Shown in pieces: positions 23,976 through 32,026 of a DNA stretch of 38,374 nt. Each line of letters starts with the position of its first letter. Positions within the stretch are counted from its first letter, which is position 1. A program made the position numbers and the translations under genes. Where the stretch lies: assembly GCA_034666805.1 (NCBI GenBank), contig JAXDLD010000475.1, positions 1 to 38,374 of the forward strand. Reading direction: 5' to 3'. The DNA is from Acidobacteriota bacterium (GTDB lineage Bacteria > Acidobacteriota > Thermoanaerobaculia > Multivoradales > UBA5704). The notes beneath the pieces are model-generated. The model ran no database searches, was not told the origin of the DNA, and worked only from the letters and a program-made list of their open reading frames with translations.

Positions 23976-26297
23976 ATGGCGACGAACTGTACTTCCGAGC
24001 CGCTCGGGCGGAGGGGGGCGTTCCGCTCCACTCTCTTCACCCTCGTCGCCCTGGCGACCGTCCTCTCCGGCTGCCGGCACGCTCCGACCTACCCGGGAGC
24101 GCCGATCATCCTGATCTCGATCGACACCCTGCGCTCGGACCACCTGCCCGCCTACGGCTACGCCGGGGTGGAGACGCCGGCGATCGACGCTCTGCGCCGC
24201 GACGCCATCCTCTGCCAGCGGGCCTTCAGCCACTACCCCATGACGCTCCCCTCGCACGCCTCGATCCTCTCGGGGCTCCTCCCCACCCAGCACGGGGTGC
24301 GCGACAACGTGGGCTATCCCTTCGACTCCGAGCACCACAAGACCCTCGCCGGACTGCTCAAGGCCGCCGGATACGAGACCGGGGGAGCGGTCTCGACCTA
24401 CGTCCTCCGCCATTCGACCGGCATCGCCGCCGGCTTCGACTTCTACGAGGACTCGCTGGAGGTCCAGGGGGGCGAACGGCTCGACGAGGTGCAGCGGCCG
24501 GGCAGCGAGACCGCCCGGCTCGGTCTCGACTGGATCCGCGGCCGGATGTCAGAGAAATCGGGAAAGCCGTTCTTCTTCTTCCTCCACCTCTACGAGCCGC
24601 ACACCCCCTACAAGCCGCCGGAGCCCTGGAAGTCGCGCTACCGGGACCGCCCCTACGACGGCGAGATCGCCACCGCCGACGCAATCGTCGGCAACTTCCT
24701 CTCCGAGCTCAAGAAGCTGGGGGTCTACGATCGCGCCGCCGTCGTCCTGCTCTCGGACCACGGCGAGGGGTTGAACGACCACGGCGAGCGGCAGCACGGG
24801 ATCTTCCTCTATCGCGAGACCCTCCAGGTGCCGCTCCTCCTGAAGCTGCCGGGCAGCGAGCACAAGGGGGAGACGATCGCCGCTCCGGTCGAGCTGGCCG
24901 ACGTCGCCCCCACCCTCCTGGCGCTCGCCGGGGTCGCCCGGCCGCCCGAGATGACCGGCCTCCCCCTCTCGGACGTCCTCGGCGGCAAGGCGCCGACGCG
25001 GGAGATCTACTCCGAGACCTTCTATCCGCGCCTCCACCTCGGCTGGAGCGATCTCGCCTCCCTGATCGGCGAGCGCTATCACTACATCGACGGCCCGGAC
25101 CCGGAGCTCTACGACCTCCAACGCGACCATGGCGAGACGGCGAACCTGCGCGACCAGGAGCGCCGGACCTTCGCCGCGATGCGCGGCGACATCAAGCCCT
25201 ACGACCGCAACCTGGCGCCGCCGCACGCGGTCAAGGACCAGGAGACGATCCAGAAGCTCGCCTCGCTCGGCTATCTCGGCGGCTCTTCCGCCGTCACCCG
25301 CGGCACCCTCCCCGATCCCAAGAGCCAGCGCCAGGCCTTGGCCGGGCTCGAGGAGGCCTTCGAGCACGTCCAGGCGGGCGACGACGCCGCGGCGGCCCTG
25401 AGCTTCGAGCGCCTGGTGGCCGCCAACCCCAAGATGGCGGACGTCTGGGCCTTCCTCGCCTTCACCCTGCAGCGGCAGAAGCGGCATGAGGAGGCGAGCC
25501 GCGCCTTCGAGAAGGCGCTCTCGCTGTCGAACGGCACCCCGTCGCTCGCGGTCGCCGCCGCCGCCTCCCTGATCGCCCTGGGGAGGCTCGACGACGCCCG
25601 CGCCCACGCCGAGCTGGCGATGAAGGGGAACCCGGGCGGGGCCTACGACATCCTCGTCCAGGTGGCGCTCGCCCGCCACGACGAAAAAGGCGCGCTCGAC
25701 CTCATCAAGCGGGCGGTCGACTCCGGGGTGGCGAGCCCGGGCCTGCGCCAGCGCTACGTCCTCCTCCTCGCCGGCCAGGGCGATCCGCAGCAGGCGATCG
25801 CGGCCTTGAAGCCGCTCGCCGACCGCGGCGACCCGGAGGCGATCGGCGCCCTCGCCACCTCGCTCTCGGACACCGGGCGCAATCCGGAGGCGGAGGCGCT
25901 CCTGACCCAGCTCCTCACCCACCAGCCGGAAAACGCCCGGGCCCACGAGCTCCTGGGGATGGTGACTCTCCGCCTCGACCGCACGGCCGAGGCGCGCAAG
26001 GAGCTCGAACGCTCGCTCGCGCTCGACGGCAAGCGGGCCTCGGCCTGGAACACCCTCGGGGTCGCCCTCTACCGGCTGGAGGGTCCGGGGCCGGCCTTGA
26101 CCGCCTGGCAGAAGTCGGTGGCCTTGGACCCCACCCAATATGACGCGCTCCTGAACATCGGCCTGGTCGCCGCCCAGGCCGGGCGCCGGGCCGAGGCCTC
26201 CCGGGCCCTCCACCAGTTCCTCGCCACGGCGCCGGCCGACCGCTTCGCCGAGGATCGCCAGAAGGCTCGCGGCCTCCTGCGGGAGATCGGCGGATGA
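23976..26297 (+). CDS. sulfatase-like AP-superfamily + TPR fusion lipoprotein, paralog 2
   Basis: Lipobox LSGC. ILISIDTLRSDHLPAYGY, TLPSHASILSGLLPTQHGVRDN, LSDHGEGLNDHGERQHG. C-terminal TPRs. Start lies 2 nt after the paralog 1 stop. Confidence 0.85.
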   Translation: MATNCTSEPLGRRGAFRSTLFTLVALATVLSGCRHAPTYPGAPIILISIDTLRSDHLPAYGYAGVETPAIDALRRDAILCQRAFSHYPMTLPSHASILSGLLPTQHGVRDNVGYPFDSEHHKTLAGLLKAAGYETGGAVSTYVLRHSTGIAAGFDFYEDSLEVQGGERLDEVQRPGSETARLGLDWIRGRMSEKSGKPFFFFLHLYEPHTPYKPPEPWKSRYRDRPYDGEIATADAIVGNFLSELKKLGVYDRAAVVLLSDHGEGLNDHGERQHGIFLYRETLQVPLLLKLPGSEHKGETIAAPVELADVAPTLLALAGVARPPEMTGLPLSDVLGGKAPTREIYSETFYPRLHLGWSDLASLIGERYHYIDGPDPELYDLQRDHGETANLRDQERRTFAAMRGDIKPYDRNLAPPHAVKDQETIQKLASLGYLGGSSAVTRGTLPDPKSQRQALAGLEEAFEHVQAGDDAAAALSFERLVAANPKMADVWAFLAFTLQRQKRHEEASRAFEKALSLSNGTPSLAVAAAASLIALGRLDDARAHAELAMKGNPGGAYDILVQVALARHDEKGALDLIKRAVDSGVASPGLRQRYVLLLAGQGDPQQAIAALKPLADRGDPEAIGALATSLSDTGRNPEAEALLTQLLTHQPENARAHELLGMVTLRLDRTAEARKELERSLALDGKRASAWNTLGVALYRLEGPGPALTAWQKSVALDPTQYDALLNIGLVAAQAGRRAEASRALHQFLATAPADRFAEDRQKARGLLREIGG

Positions 26298-28468
26298 AGA
26301 AGCGCTTCCTTCTGCTTCTGCTCCTCCTGCCGGCCGCCGGCTGCGGCCCGCCTGATAAGGCGACAGGCCCCGTCGGCACCTTCCCCGGCGCCCCGATCGT
26401 CCTCATCTCGATCGACACCCTGCGTTCGGACCACCTGCCGGCCTACGGCTACAAGGGGGTCGAGACACCGGCCATCGACGCGCTGGCGAAGGACGCGATC
26501 CTCTACGAGCGGGCCTACAGTCACATCCCGCTCACCCTGCCCTCCCACGCCACGCTCTTGAGCGGCCTCCTGCCGGCCGAGAACGGAGTGCGGGACAACG
26601 TCGGCTACGTCTTGGACGCCAAGAAACACCCGCACCTGCCACGGACGTTGAAGGGGGTCGGCTACGCTACCGGGGCCGCGGTGTCGGCCTACGTCCTCCG
26701 CGCCGAGACCGGGATGTCTCAGGACTTCGATTTCTACGACAGCGCGATCGACGTCAAGACCTCCGAGGCCCTGGGGCGGAGCCAGCGGCCGGGCCGGGAG
26801 ACCGCGGAGATCGCCAAGCGCTGGCTGGGCGGCGTTGGCGGGGGCGCCGGCAAGCCCTTCTTCCTCTTCCTCCATCTCTACGAGCCGCACACGCCGTACG
26901 AGCCGCCCGAGCCCTTCGCCTCGCGCTACAAGCTGGCCTACGACGGCGAGATCGCCACCGCCGACGCGATCGTCGGCGACTTTCTCGCCGACTTGAAGCA
27001 GCGCGGGATCTACGACCGGGCGATCGTCCTCCTCCTCTCCGATCACGGCGAGGGCCTCTCGGAGCACGGCGAGCAGGAGCACGGGGTGTTCCTCTATCGT
27101 GAGGCGCTCCAGGTGCCGCTCCTCCTCAAGCTCCCGGGAGGCCGGCTGGGCGGCACCCGGGTCGCCGCCCCCGCCGAGCTGATCGACGTCTTCCCCACCC
27201 TCGCCCGGCTGGTCGGGGCGCCGGTGCCGCCGGAGCTCAAAGGCAGCTCGCTCCTCGACCTCCGCGATCCCAAAACCCCGGCGCGCCCGGTCTACGCCGA
27301 GACCTACTACCCCCGGCTCCACCTCGGCTGGAGCGAGCTCACCTCGCTCGTCCGCGACCGTTTCCACTACATCCGCGGCCCGCAGCCGGAGCTCTTCGAT
27401 CTCGGCGCCGACCCTGACGAGCGCAAAAACGTCCTCACGGCGGAGCGCCGCGCCTACGCCGCCCTCCGCCAGGAGCTGGCCGGCTACGAGCACCCCTTGA
27501 CCGCGCCCGCCGCGGCCGACGAGGAGACGGCGCGAAAGCTCGCCTCCCTCGGATACCTGGGAAGCTCGGCGGTGGATACGAAGGGGCCGCTCCCCGATCC
27601 CAAGGAGCGGATCGGCACCCTCAAGGACTTCGGCCTCGCCTTCCGCGAGTACGAGGCCCAGCGCTATGCCCAGGCGGTGCCGGCCTTCGAGCGGCTGGTG
27701 GCCGCCAACCCGCGGATGGTCGACGCCTGGGAGCACCTCGGGCTCACCCTCCAGAAGCTCGGCCGGCGGGAGGAGGCGCTCGCCGCCTTCCAGAAGGCCA
27801 TGGACCTCTCCGGCGGAGTGGCCCACGTCGCCCTCGCCACGGCGACGCTCCTGGTCGACATGGGCCGGCTCGACGAGGCGAAAAAGCACGCCGAGCTCGG
27901 TTTAGCCACCAGCCCGGCCTCGGCGCACAGCGTCCTCGCGCAGGTCGCCATGACCCGGAAGGACCTGCCCACGGCGGAGAAGGAGGCGCGCGCCGCCCTC
28001 GCCGCCAAGGGTTCGACCATCGGCCCGCTCCTCACTCTCGCCCAGGTGCTGATCGAGGAGGGGAAGCTCGACGAGGCCCTGGCCACCACCCAGCGGGGGG
28101 TCGACGATCTCGCCAAGCAATCGGGCAAGCAGCGCTTCGCCGGCCTCTTCTACGTCCGCGGCGACGTCCTCGCCCGGCTGGGCAGGAACCCGGAGGCCGA
28201 GCAGTGTTTCTTACGAGAGATCACGGATGCTCCGGGGGATACCAAGGCCTACACGCGGCTCTCGGTCCTCTACGCCAGCGAGGGGCGCTCGGCCGACGCC
28301 GTCGATACTCTGCGCCGGATGGTCGAGACCAACGAGTCCCCGGCCGCCTACGCCGAGGCGGTCAAGACGCTCCGGGTCCTGGGCGACCCGGGGGGCGCCC
28401 AGGCTCTCCTGCGGCACGCTCTCTCCGTCCATCCCGAGAGCCGCGAGTTGCGGGCGCTCGGGGGGTAG
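26294..28468 (+). CDS. sulfatase-like AP-superfamily + TPR fusion lipoprotein, paralog 3
   Basis: ATGA start/stop overlap with paralog 2. Lipobox AAGC. VLISIDTLRSDHLPAYGY, TLPSHATLLSGLLPAENGVRDN, LSDHGEGLSEHGEQEHG. C-terminal TPRs. Confidence 0.85.
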   Translation: MKKRFLLLLLLLPAAGCGPPDKATGPVGTFPGAPIVLISIDTLRSDHLPAYGYKGVETPAIDALAKDAILYERAYSHIPLTLPSHATLLSGLLPAENGVRDNVGYVLDAKKHPHLPRTLKGVGYATGAAVSAYVLRAETGMSQDFDFYDSAIDVKTSEALGRSQRPGRETAEIAKRWLGGVGGGAGKPFFLFLHLYEPHTPYEPPEPFASRYKLAYDGEIATADAIVGDFLADLKQRGIYDRAIVLLLSDHGEGLSEHGEQEHGVFLYREALQVPLLLKLPGGRLGGTRVAAPAELIDVFPTLARLVGAPVPPELKGSSLLDLRDPKTPARPVYAETYYPRLHLGWSELTSLVRDRFHYIRGPQPELFDLGADPDERKNVLTAERRAYAALRQELAGYEHPLTAPAAADEETARKLASLGYLGSSAVDTKGPLPDPKERIGTLKDFGLAFREYEAQRYAQAVPAFERLVAANPRMVDAWEHLGLTLQKLGRREEALAAFQKAMDLSGGVAHVALATATLLVDMGRLDEAKKHAELGLATSPASAHSVLAQVAMTRKDLPTAEKEARAALAAKGSTIGPLLTLAQVLIEEGKLDEALATTQRGVDDLAKQSGKQRFAGLFYVRGDVLARLGRNPEAEQCFLREITDAPGDTKAYTRLSVLYASEGRSADAVDTLRRMVETNESPAAYAEAVKTLRVLGDPGGAQALLRHALSVHPESRELRALGG

Positions 28469-28619
28469 AGCCGACGTCCGCAAACTCCGTTTCGACTTCC
28501 CCCGGTTCTGCTCCCGCTTCACAAACTTGGTGACTCTGTCCAGGAGCTGCGCTTCGCGGTCGCCGGACTTAAGAGCAAAGTCAGGAGGCAACGTCTTCGA
28601 GATGTGGACTCTGGCTCCG

Positions 28620-29240
28620 GTGCCGCACCGTCGATGTCGAGGACCGGGACCGAGATGTCGAGCCCCTGGACTGAGACTCAGAGTTCCTGGACGTAATACC
28701 CGTGGTCCGGGACGTAGAGTCTCCGTCCCCTCGCCACGGTTGGACTCCAGGGTTTAAGACCGCCGTCCCGGTGCCGCGATCTCAAGTCCCGGTACTGCGA
28801 CCCCAAGTCGCGGGCCGGAGACTCAGCGCCCCACAACCAAGACCGCGATCCCGGGACCCCGACCCTCGGCCGGGGGACGGCAATTCGTCGTCCGGGTCTC
28901 GCGACGTCAAGTCCCGGGACCATGACCCAGAGCCGCGGGATGGCGGCCTTTCTCCCTGGCGGAGGACCGGAGTCCCGGGGCCATGAACCCAAGTCCCGGT
29001 GCTCTGTCTTCGAGTCCCGATGCCGAGACCCGCAATAACGGCAGCCCAAGCTTTGTCTAGGTCTCGGTCGTCAAGTCTCGGTACCGAGAGCCGAGCTAGC
29101 GGTCACCAGACGCGTTGTCTGGGGCCTCTGTCCTTGAGTCGCGGTACCGAGACCTGCGATGGCGTGCCGAAGGCACTTGTCCGGGTCTCTGTCTTCAAGT
29201 CTCGGGACCGAGACCCGTGATATTGGCACCCGGAAGCGTT
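28620..29240. repeat. degenerate tandem array R2 (~620 bp): ~21-nt sub-units, ~63-nt super-unit, near-palindromic core GTCTCGGTACCGAGAC
   Basis: Core copies at 28786, 28807, 28911, 28972, 29014, 29075, 29138 and 29199; the last four are spaced 61-63 nt apart. Intervening sub-units are also conserved (TTGTCYGGGNCTCTGTC; GNGATNGCGNNCACC). Lies between two convergent stop codons. Confidence 0.8.
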
Positions 29241-29260
29241 GCCCGGGGACGGAGGCCTCC

Positions 29261-29294
29261 CGCTCGAAACCTTCGAGCGCGAGAAACCCTCGCG
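29261..29294 (-). terminator. two adjacent short hairpins immediately after the ASPIC/UnbV gene stop (possible terminator, no U-tract)
   Basis: CGCTCGAA-ACC-TTCGAGCG (29261..29279) and CGCGAG-AAACC-CTCGCG (29278..29294). Confidence 0.3.
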
Positions 29295-29295
29295 T

Positions 29296-31290
29296 CTACT
29301 TCCCCGCCTCCGTGACCTCCAGCTGCCGGTTGCCGGCGATGGGGCCGGGGAGGGTCTGCTTCTTCCCCGACGGCCAGAGAATTTCGATCGAGTCGGCTTT
29401 CTCGGCATCGCCGAGGCCGAAGTAGAGCGGGATCAGGCTGTGCGACAGGTAGCCCGAGTTGCCGTCCATCGCCTTGGTCAGGGTCCGCCCCCCCACCTGC
29501 ACCTTGACCACGGCGCCTATCCCGTCCCGGTTCGACGCCTTGCCGGTCAGCCGGACCTTCAGCCAGTGGATCTTCTTCTTCTGGGCAAGGTCGCTGATGA
29601 AGACCTGGGGCTCGGAGTTGAATTCGTTGGTGACGATGTCCAGGTCGCCGTCGTTGTCGAGGTCGAAGATCGCCGAGGAGCGGGAGCCGAGGGTGCCGGT
29701 GACCGTGTACTTGCCCTCCTTGCCCTTGCACTGGGCGAGGGCCCGGTCCTCGCCCGAGCAGTCGAGGGTGAACCAGGGCTTGCGGGTCCGGCCGCCCCGG
29801 CGCGGCTCGACACCTAAGATGAAGGAGCTGTCCATGAAACGCTCTCCCTGGTTGTTGAGGAGCAGCGAGTTGACCCCGTAGCGGAAGGGGTAGTTCATGC
29901 TGGCGGTGATGAGGACGTCCTCCCAGCCGTCGGCGTTCAAGTCGCCCGTGCTCACCCCCCAGGGCCAGTAGTTCTCCAGGTTCAGGTCGAACGACCGCTC
30001 GGCGAAATGGCCGCCGCCCTGGTTCTCGAAGAAGGCGTTGCCGAAGACGTTGTTGGCGATCCCCTGGAAGACGGGCGCGTCCTCCTTGGGCGGAAACTTG
30101 GCCTTCTCGTCCGGGGGCGGGATGTCGCCGATCATGTCCGAGTGCATGTCGGTGATGAGGAGGTCCATCCGGCCGTCGTTGTTGTAGTCGAAGACCTTGA
30201 TCCCCATCGCCCCCCAGGGGGTCTTGGGGAAGTACTTCGCCGTCGCGTCGACGAAGCTCTTGCCGCCGACGTTCTCGTAATAGTGGTTGTCCCCCTGCAT
30301 GTTGAGGACGTAGAGGTCCGGCCAGCCGTCGCCGTTCCAGTCGGCGATCGAGGCGTCGCCGCTCCACGAGCCGTCTTCGAGCTTCATCGCCTTCGAGACG
30401 TCGGCGAAACGGTGGTGCCCGAGGTTGCGGTAGAGGACGCTCGTCTCCGTGCGCTCGGGGAAGAGGTGGCCGTGGAAGGCATCTTCGTAGGCCACGTAGT
30501 AGCCGCCCTTGCCGCGCGCCTCGGTCGTGTACTTGCCGACGTTGACCAAGAAGAGGTCGAGGAGGCCGTCGCGGTCGTAATCGAAGAAGACCGCGGCCGA
30601 GGAGTGGCCGACGTAGCCTAAGCCTGACTCCTGGGTGATGTCCTTGAAGTGCCCCTTGCCGTCGTTCTCGAAAAGGACGTTGCCGCCGCGGACGGTGGTG
30701 ACGTAGAGGTCCGGATCGCCGTCGTTGTCGACGTCGGCGAAGGTGGCGGAGACCGAGATGCGGCCCGGAACTCCCACCCCGGCCTCGGCGGTCATGTTCC
30801 TGAACTTGCCGTCGCCCAGGTTCTTCCACAGCTCGTTGCCGCCCAGCTGGTTGACGAAGTAGAGGTCGAGCCGCCCGTCGCCGTCGACGTCCGCCACCGC
30901 CAGGCCGGTGCCGTGGTCGTAGTGGGCCGCCTTGTAGCGCTTCCCCGCGTCCTCGACGATGCCGTGGACGAAGGTGATGCCGCTCTCGGGCAGCCGGTCG
31001 GCGAACTGGAAACCGTGGAAAACCTTGAACTGGTCGACCGTCGCCTTCTCGGCGGCGGCACGGGCGGCCAGGGTGTCGGCGCCGACGTCGGGGCTCGGGA
31101 CGTCGATCACCGCCGGGCCGCCGCCCGGGGCGGGGTTGGCCGCCGGGAGGGCGAGGGCGGCGGGAACGGCGTGGTCATGGGCGGCCGCGAGCCCCAGGGG
31201 GCCGGGAGCCGCCGCCGCCAGCAGCAGGAGCGGCAGGAAGAGCCAGGGGCGCGGGGAGGACCGGCGGCGGGACGGGAGCGAGTCTGGCAT
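29296..31290 (-). CDS. FG-GAP/VCBS repeat protein with C-terminal ASPIC/UnbV domain (CRTAC1-family)
   Basis: Start at internal Met MPDSLPSRRRSSPRPWLFLPLLLLAAAAP (signal peptide); the track start 31488 would run into the divergent gene. Repeated DxDGDGxxD(L/V) FG-GAP motifs (DVDGDGRLDLY, DVDNDGDPDLY, DYDRDGLLDL, DWNGDGWPDLY, DYNNDGRMDLL, DLNADGWEDV, DLDNDGDLDIV). UnbV-like tail NRDGIGAVVKVQVGGRT...GNSGYLSHSLIPLYFGLG...IEILWPSG. Confidence 0.85.
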   Translation of the reverse strand: MPDSLPSRRRSSPRPWLFLPLLLLAAAAPGPLGLAAAHDHAVPAALALPAANPAPGGGPAVIDVPSPDVGADTLAARAAAEKATVDQFKVFHGFQFADRLPESGITFVHGIVEDAGKRYKAAHYDHGTGLAVADVDGDGRLDLYFVNQLGGNELWKNLGDGKFRNMTAEAGVGVPGRISVSATFADVDNDGDPDLYVTTVRGGNVLFENDGKGHFKDITQESGLGYVGHSSAAVFFDYDRDGLLDLFLVNVGKYTTEARGKGGYYVAYEDAFHGHLFPERTETSVLYRNLGHHRFADVSKAMKLEDGSWSGDASIADWNGDGWPDLYVLNMQGDNHYYENVGGKSFVDATAKYFPKTPWGAMGIKVFDYNNDGRMDLLITDMHSDMIGDIPPPDEKAKFPPKEDAPVFQGIANNVFGNAFFENQGGGHFAERSFDLNLENYWPWGVSTGDLNADGWEDVLITASMNYPFRYGVNSLLLNNQGERFMDSSFILGVEPRRGGRTRKPWFTLDCSGEDRALAQCKGKEGKYTVTGTLGSRSSAIFDLDNDGDLDIVTNEFNSEPQVFISDLAQKKKIHWLKVRLTGKASNRDGIGAVVKVQVGGRTLTKAMDGNSGYLSHSLIPLYFGLGDAEKADSIEILWPSGKKQTLPGPIAGNRQLEVTEAGK

Positions 31291-31472
31291 GGGGACCCTC
31301 TGCGGAGCAGGCTTGAAGCGTCCGGCAGGATAGCATAAGCCTCCGCAACGCCCCCCGTGTCGCCCGCCGGTGTCCTTTTCAAGAAGCGAGCTGTCGATCC
31401 GAGCTACAAACTGCCGGGTTTGATGCGAAGCTGCTTTGAAGATACTGCGCGATGCGCTAGACTCCCACCACC

Positions 31473-32000
31473 ATGGATGAAGACTCACGGCAGGAACAGG
31501 AGGAAGTGGCGCGAGCGATCAAGCTCATCGAAGGCGTCATGCGGGTGCAGGGGGTGACCAAGAAGATCCTCGACGAGCGGCTGGGCAAGTCCCCCGGCTA
31601 CTTCGCGCAGGTGCTCTCCGGCCGCCTGGAGCTCAAGTACCGGCACATCCTCGCCATCCTGCGCGGGCTGGACCTGGAGCCGCGCGTCTTCTTCCGCTCG
31701 CTTTTCCCGGAGCCGGGGGAGCCCGTCTCCGGCGCCCGCATGCTGGAGCGGCTCTTCGCCGAGCTCCAGCGGAGCGGCTACGGCACCTACCTCTCCCCGC
31801 CGCCGTCCCTTTCGCCCCTCTCTCCGCCGGCAGTGCCGGCCTTCGCGCCCTCGCCGGCGGCCTCCCTGCCGGCGATCGACGCCGACGACCTCGACCGCCG
31901 CATCCAGGCCGCGGTCGCCGCGGCCCTGGCGGCGCGCGACGCGCGGGGTGAGCGCGAGGGCCAGCGCGTCGAAGCCGTCGAAGCCGGCTCGACCCGCTAG
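31473..32000 (+). CDS. XRE-like helix-turn-helix protein with Pro/Ala-rich C-terminal half
   Basis: GVTKKILDERLGKSPGYFAQVLSGRLELKYRHILAILRGL resembles an HTH_3-type motif. Divergent from the ASPIC/UnbV gene. Confidence 0.5.
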   Translation: MDEDSRQEQEEVARAIKLIEGVMRVQGVTKKILDERLGKSPGYFAQVLSGRLELKYRHILAILRGLDLEPRVFFRSLFPEPGEPVSGARMLERLFAELQRSGYGTYLSPPPSLSPLSPPAVPAFAPSPAASLPAIDADDLDRRIQAAVAAALAARDARGEREGQRVEAVEAGSTR

Positions 32001-32026
32001 AAGAAGCTGGCCTAGAAGAAGCTGGC
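31997..32026. repeat. perfect 15-bp tandem duplication CTAGAAGAAGCTGGC x2 spanning two convergent stop codons
   Basis: Copy 1 contains the TAG of the HTH gene (31998..32000). Copy 2 contains the stop (32012..32014) and the last codons (ASFF) of the kinase gene. Confidence 0.9.

Noticed and set aside
20747-27889. Minus-strand ORFs 20747..21901, 21673..22620, 22630..23475, 24549..26213 and 26069..27889, and the +2-frame ORF 23768..25489
   Set aside because: They are antisense or off-frame to the clearly recognisable CarboxypepD_reg-TPR and AP-superfamily-TPR genes. Their composition is Arg/Pro/Gly junk.
28620-29240. CRISPR array interpretation of R2 (and of R3a/R3b at 37579..38236)
   Set aside because: The period is 21 nt (super-units 42/63 nt) and the would-be spacers are themselves conserved between units. 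CRISPR repeats are ~28-37 nt and separated by unique spacers. No cas genes are in the window.
28211-29425. Cluster of 60-176-aa ORFs in several frames across array R2 (e.g. 28227..28757, 28678..29049, 28999..29220)
   Set aside because: They are mutually overlapping, Arg/Pro/Ser/Gly-rich and periodic because of the repeats, and they lack ribosome-binding sites.
29296-31488. Long 730-aa version of the ASPIC/UnbV gene starting at 31488
   Set aside because: It would overlap the start of the divergent HTH gene at 31473, and its first 66 aa look non-protein-like. The internal Met at 31290 gives a normal signal peptide.
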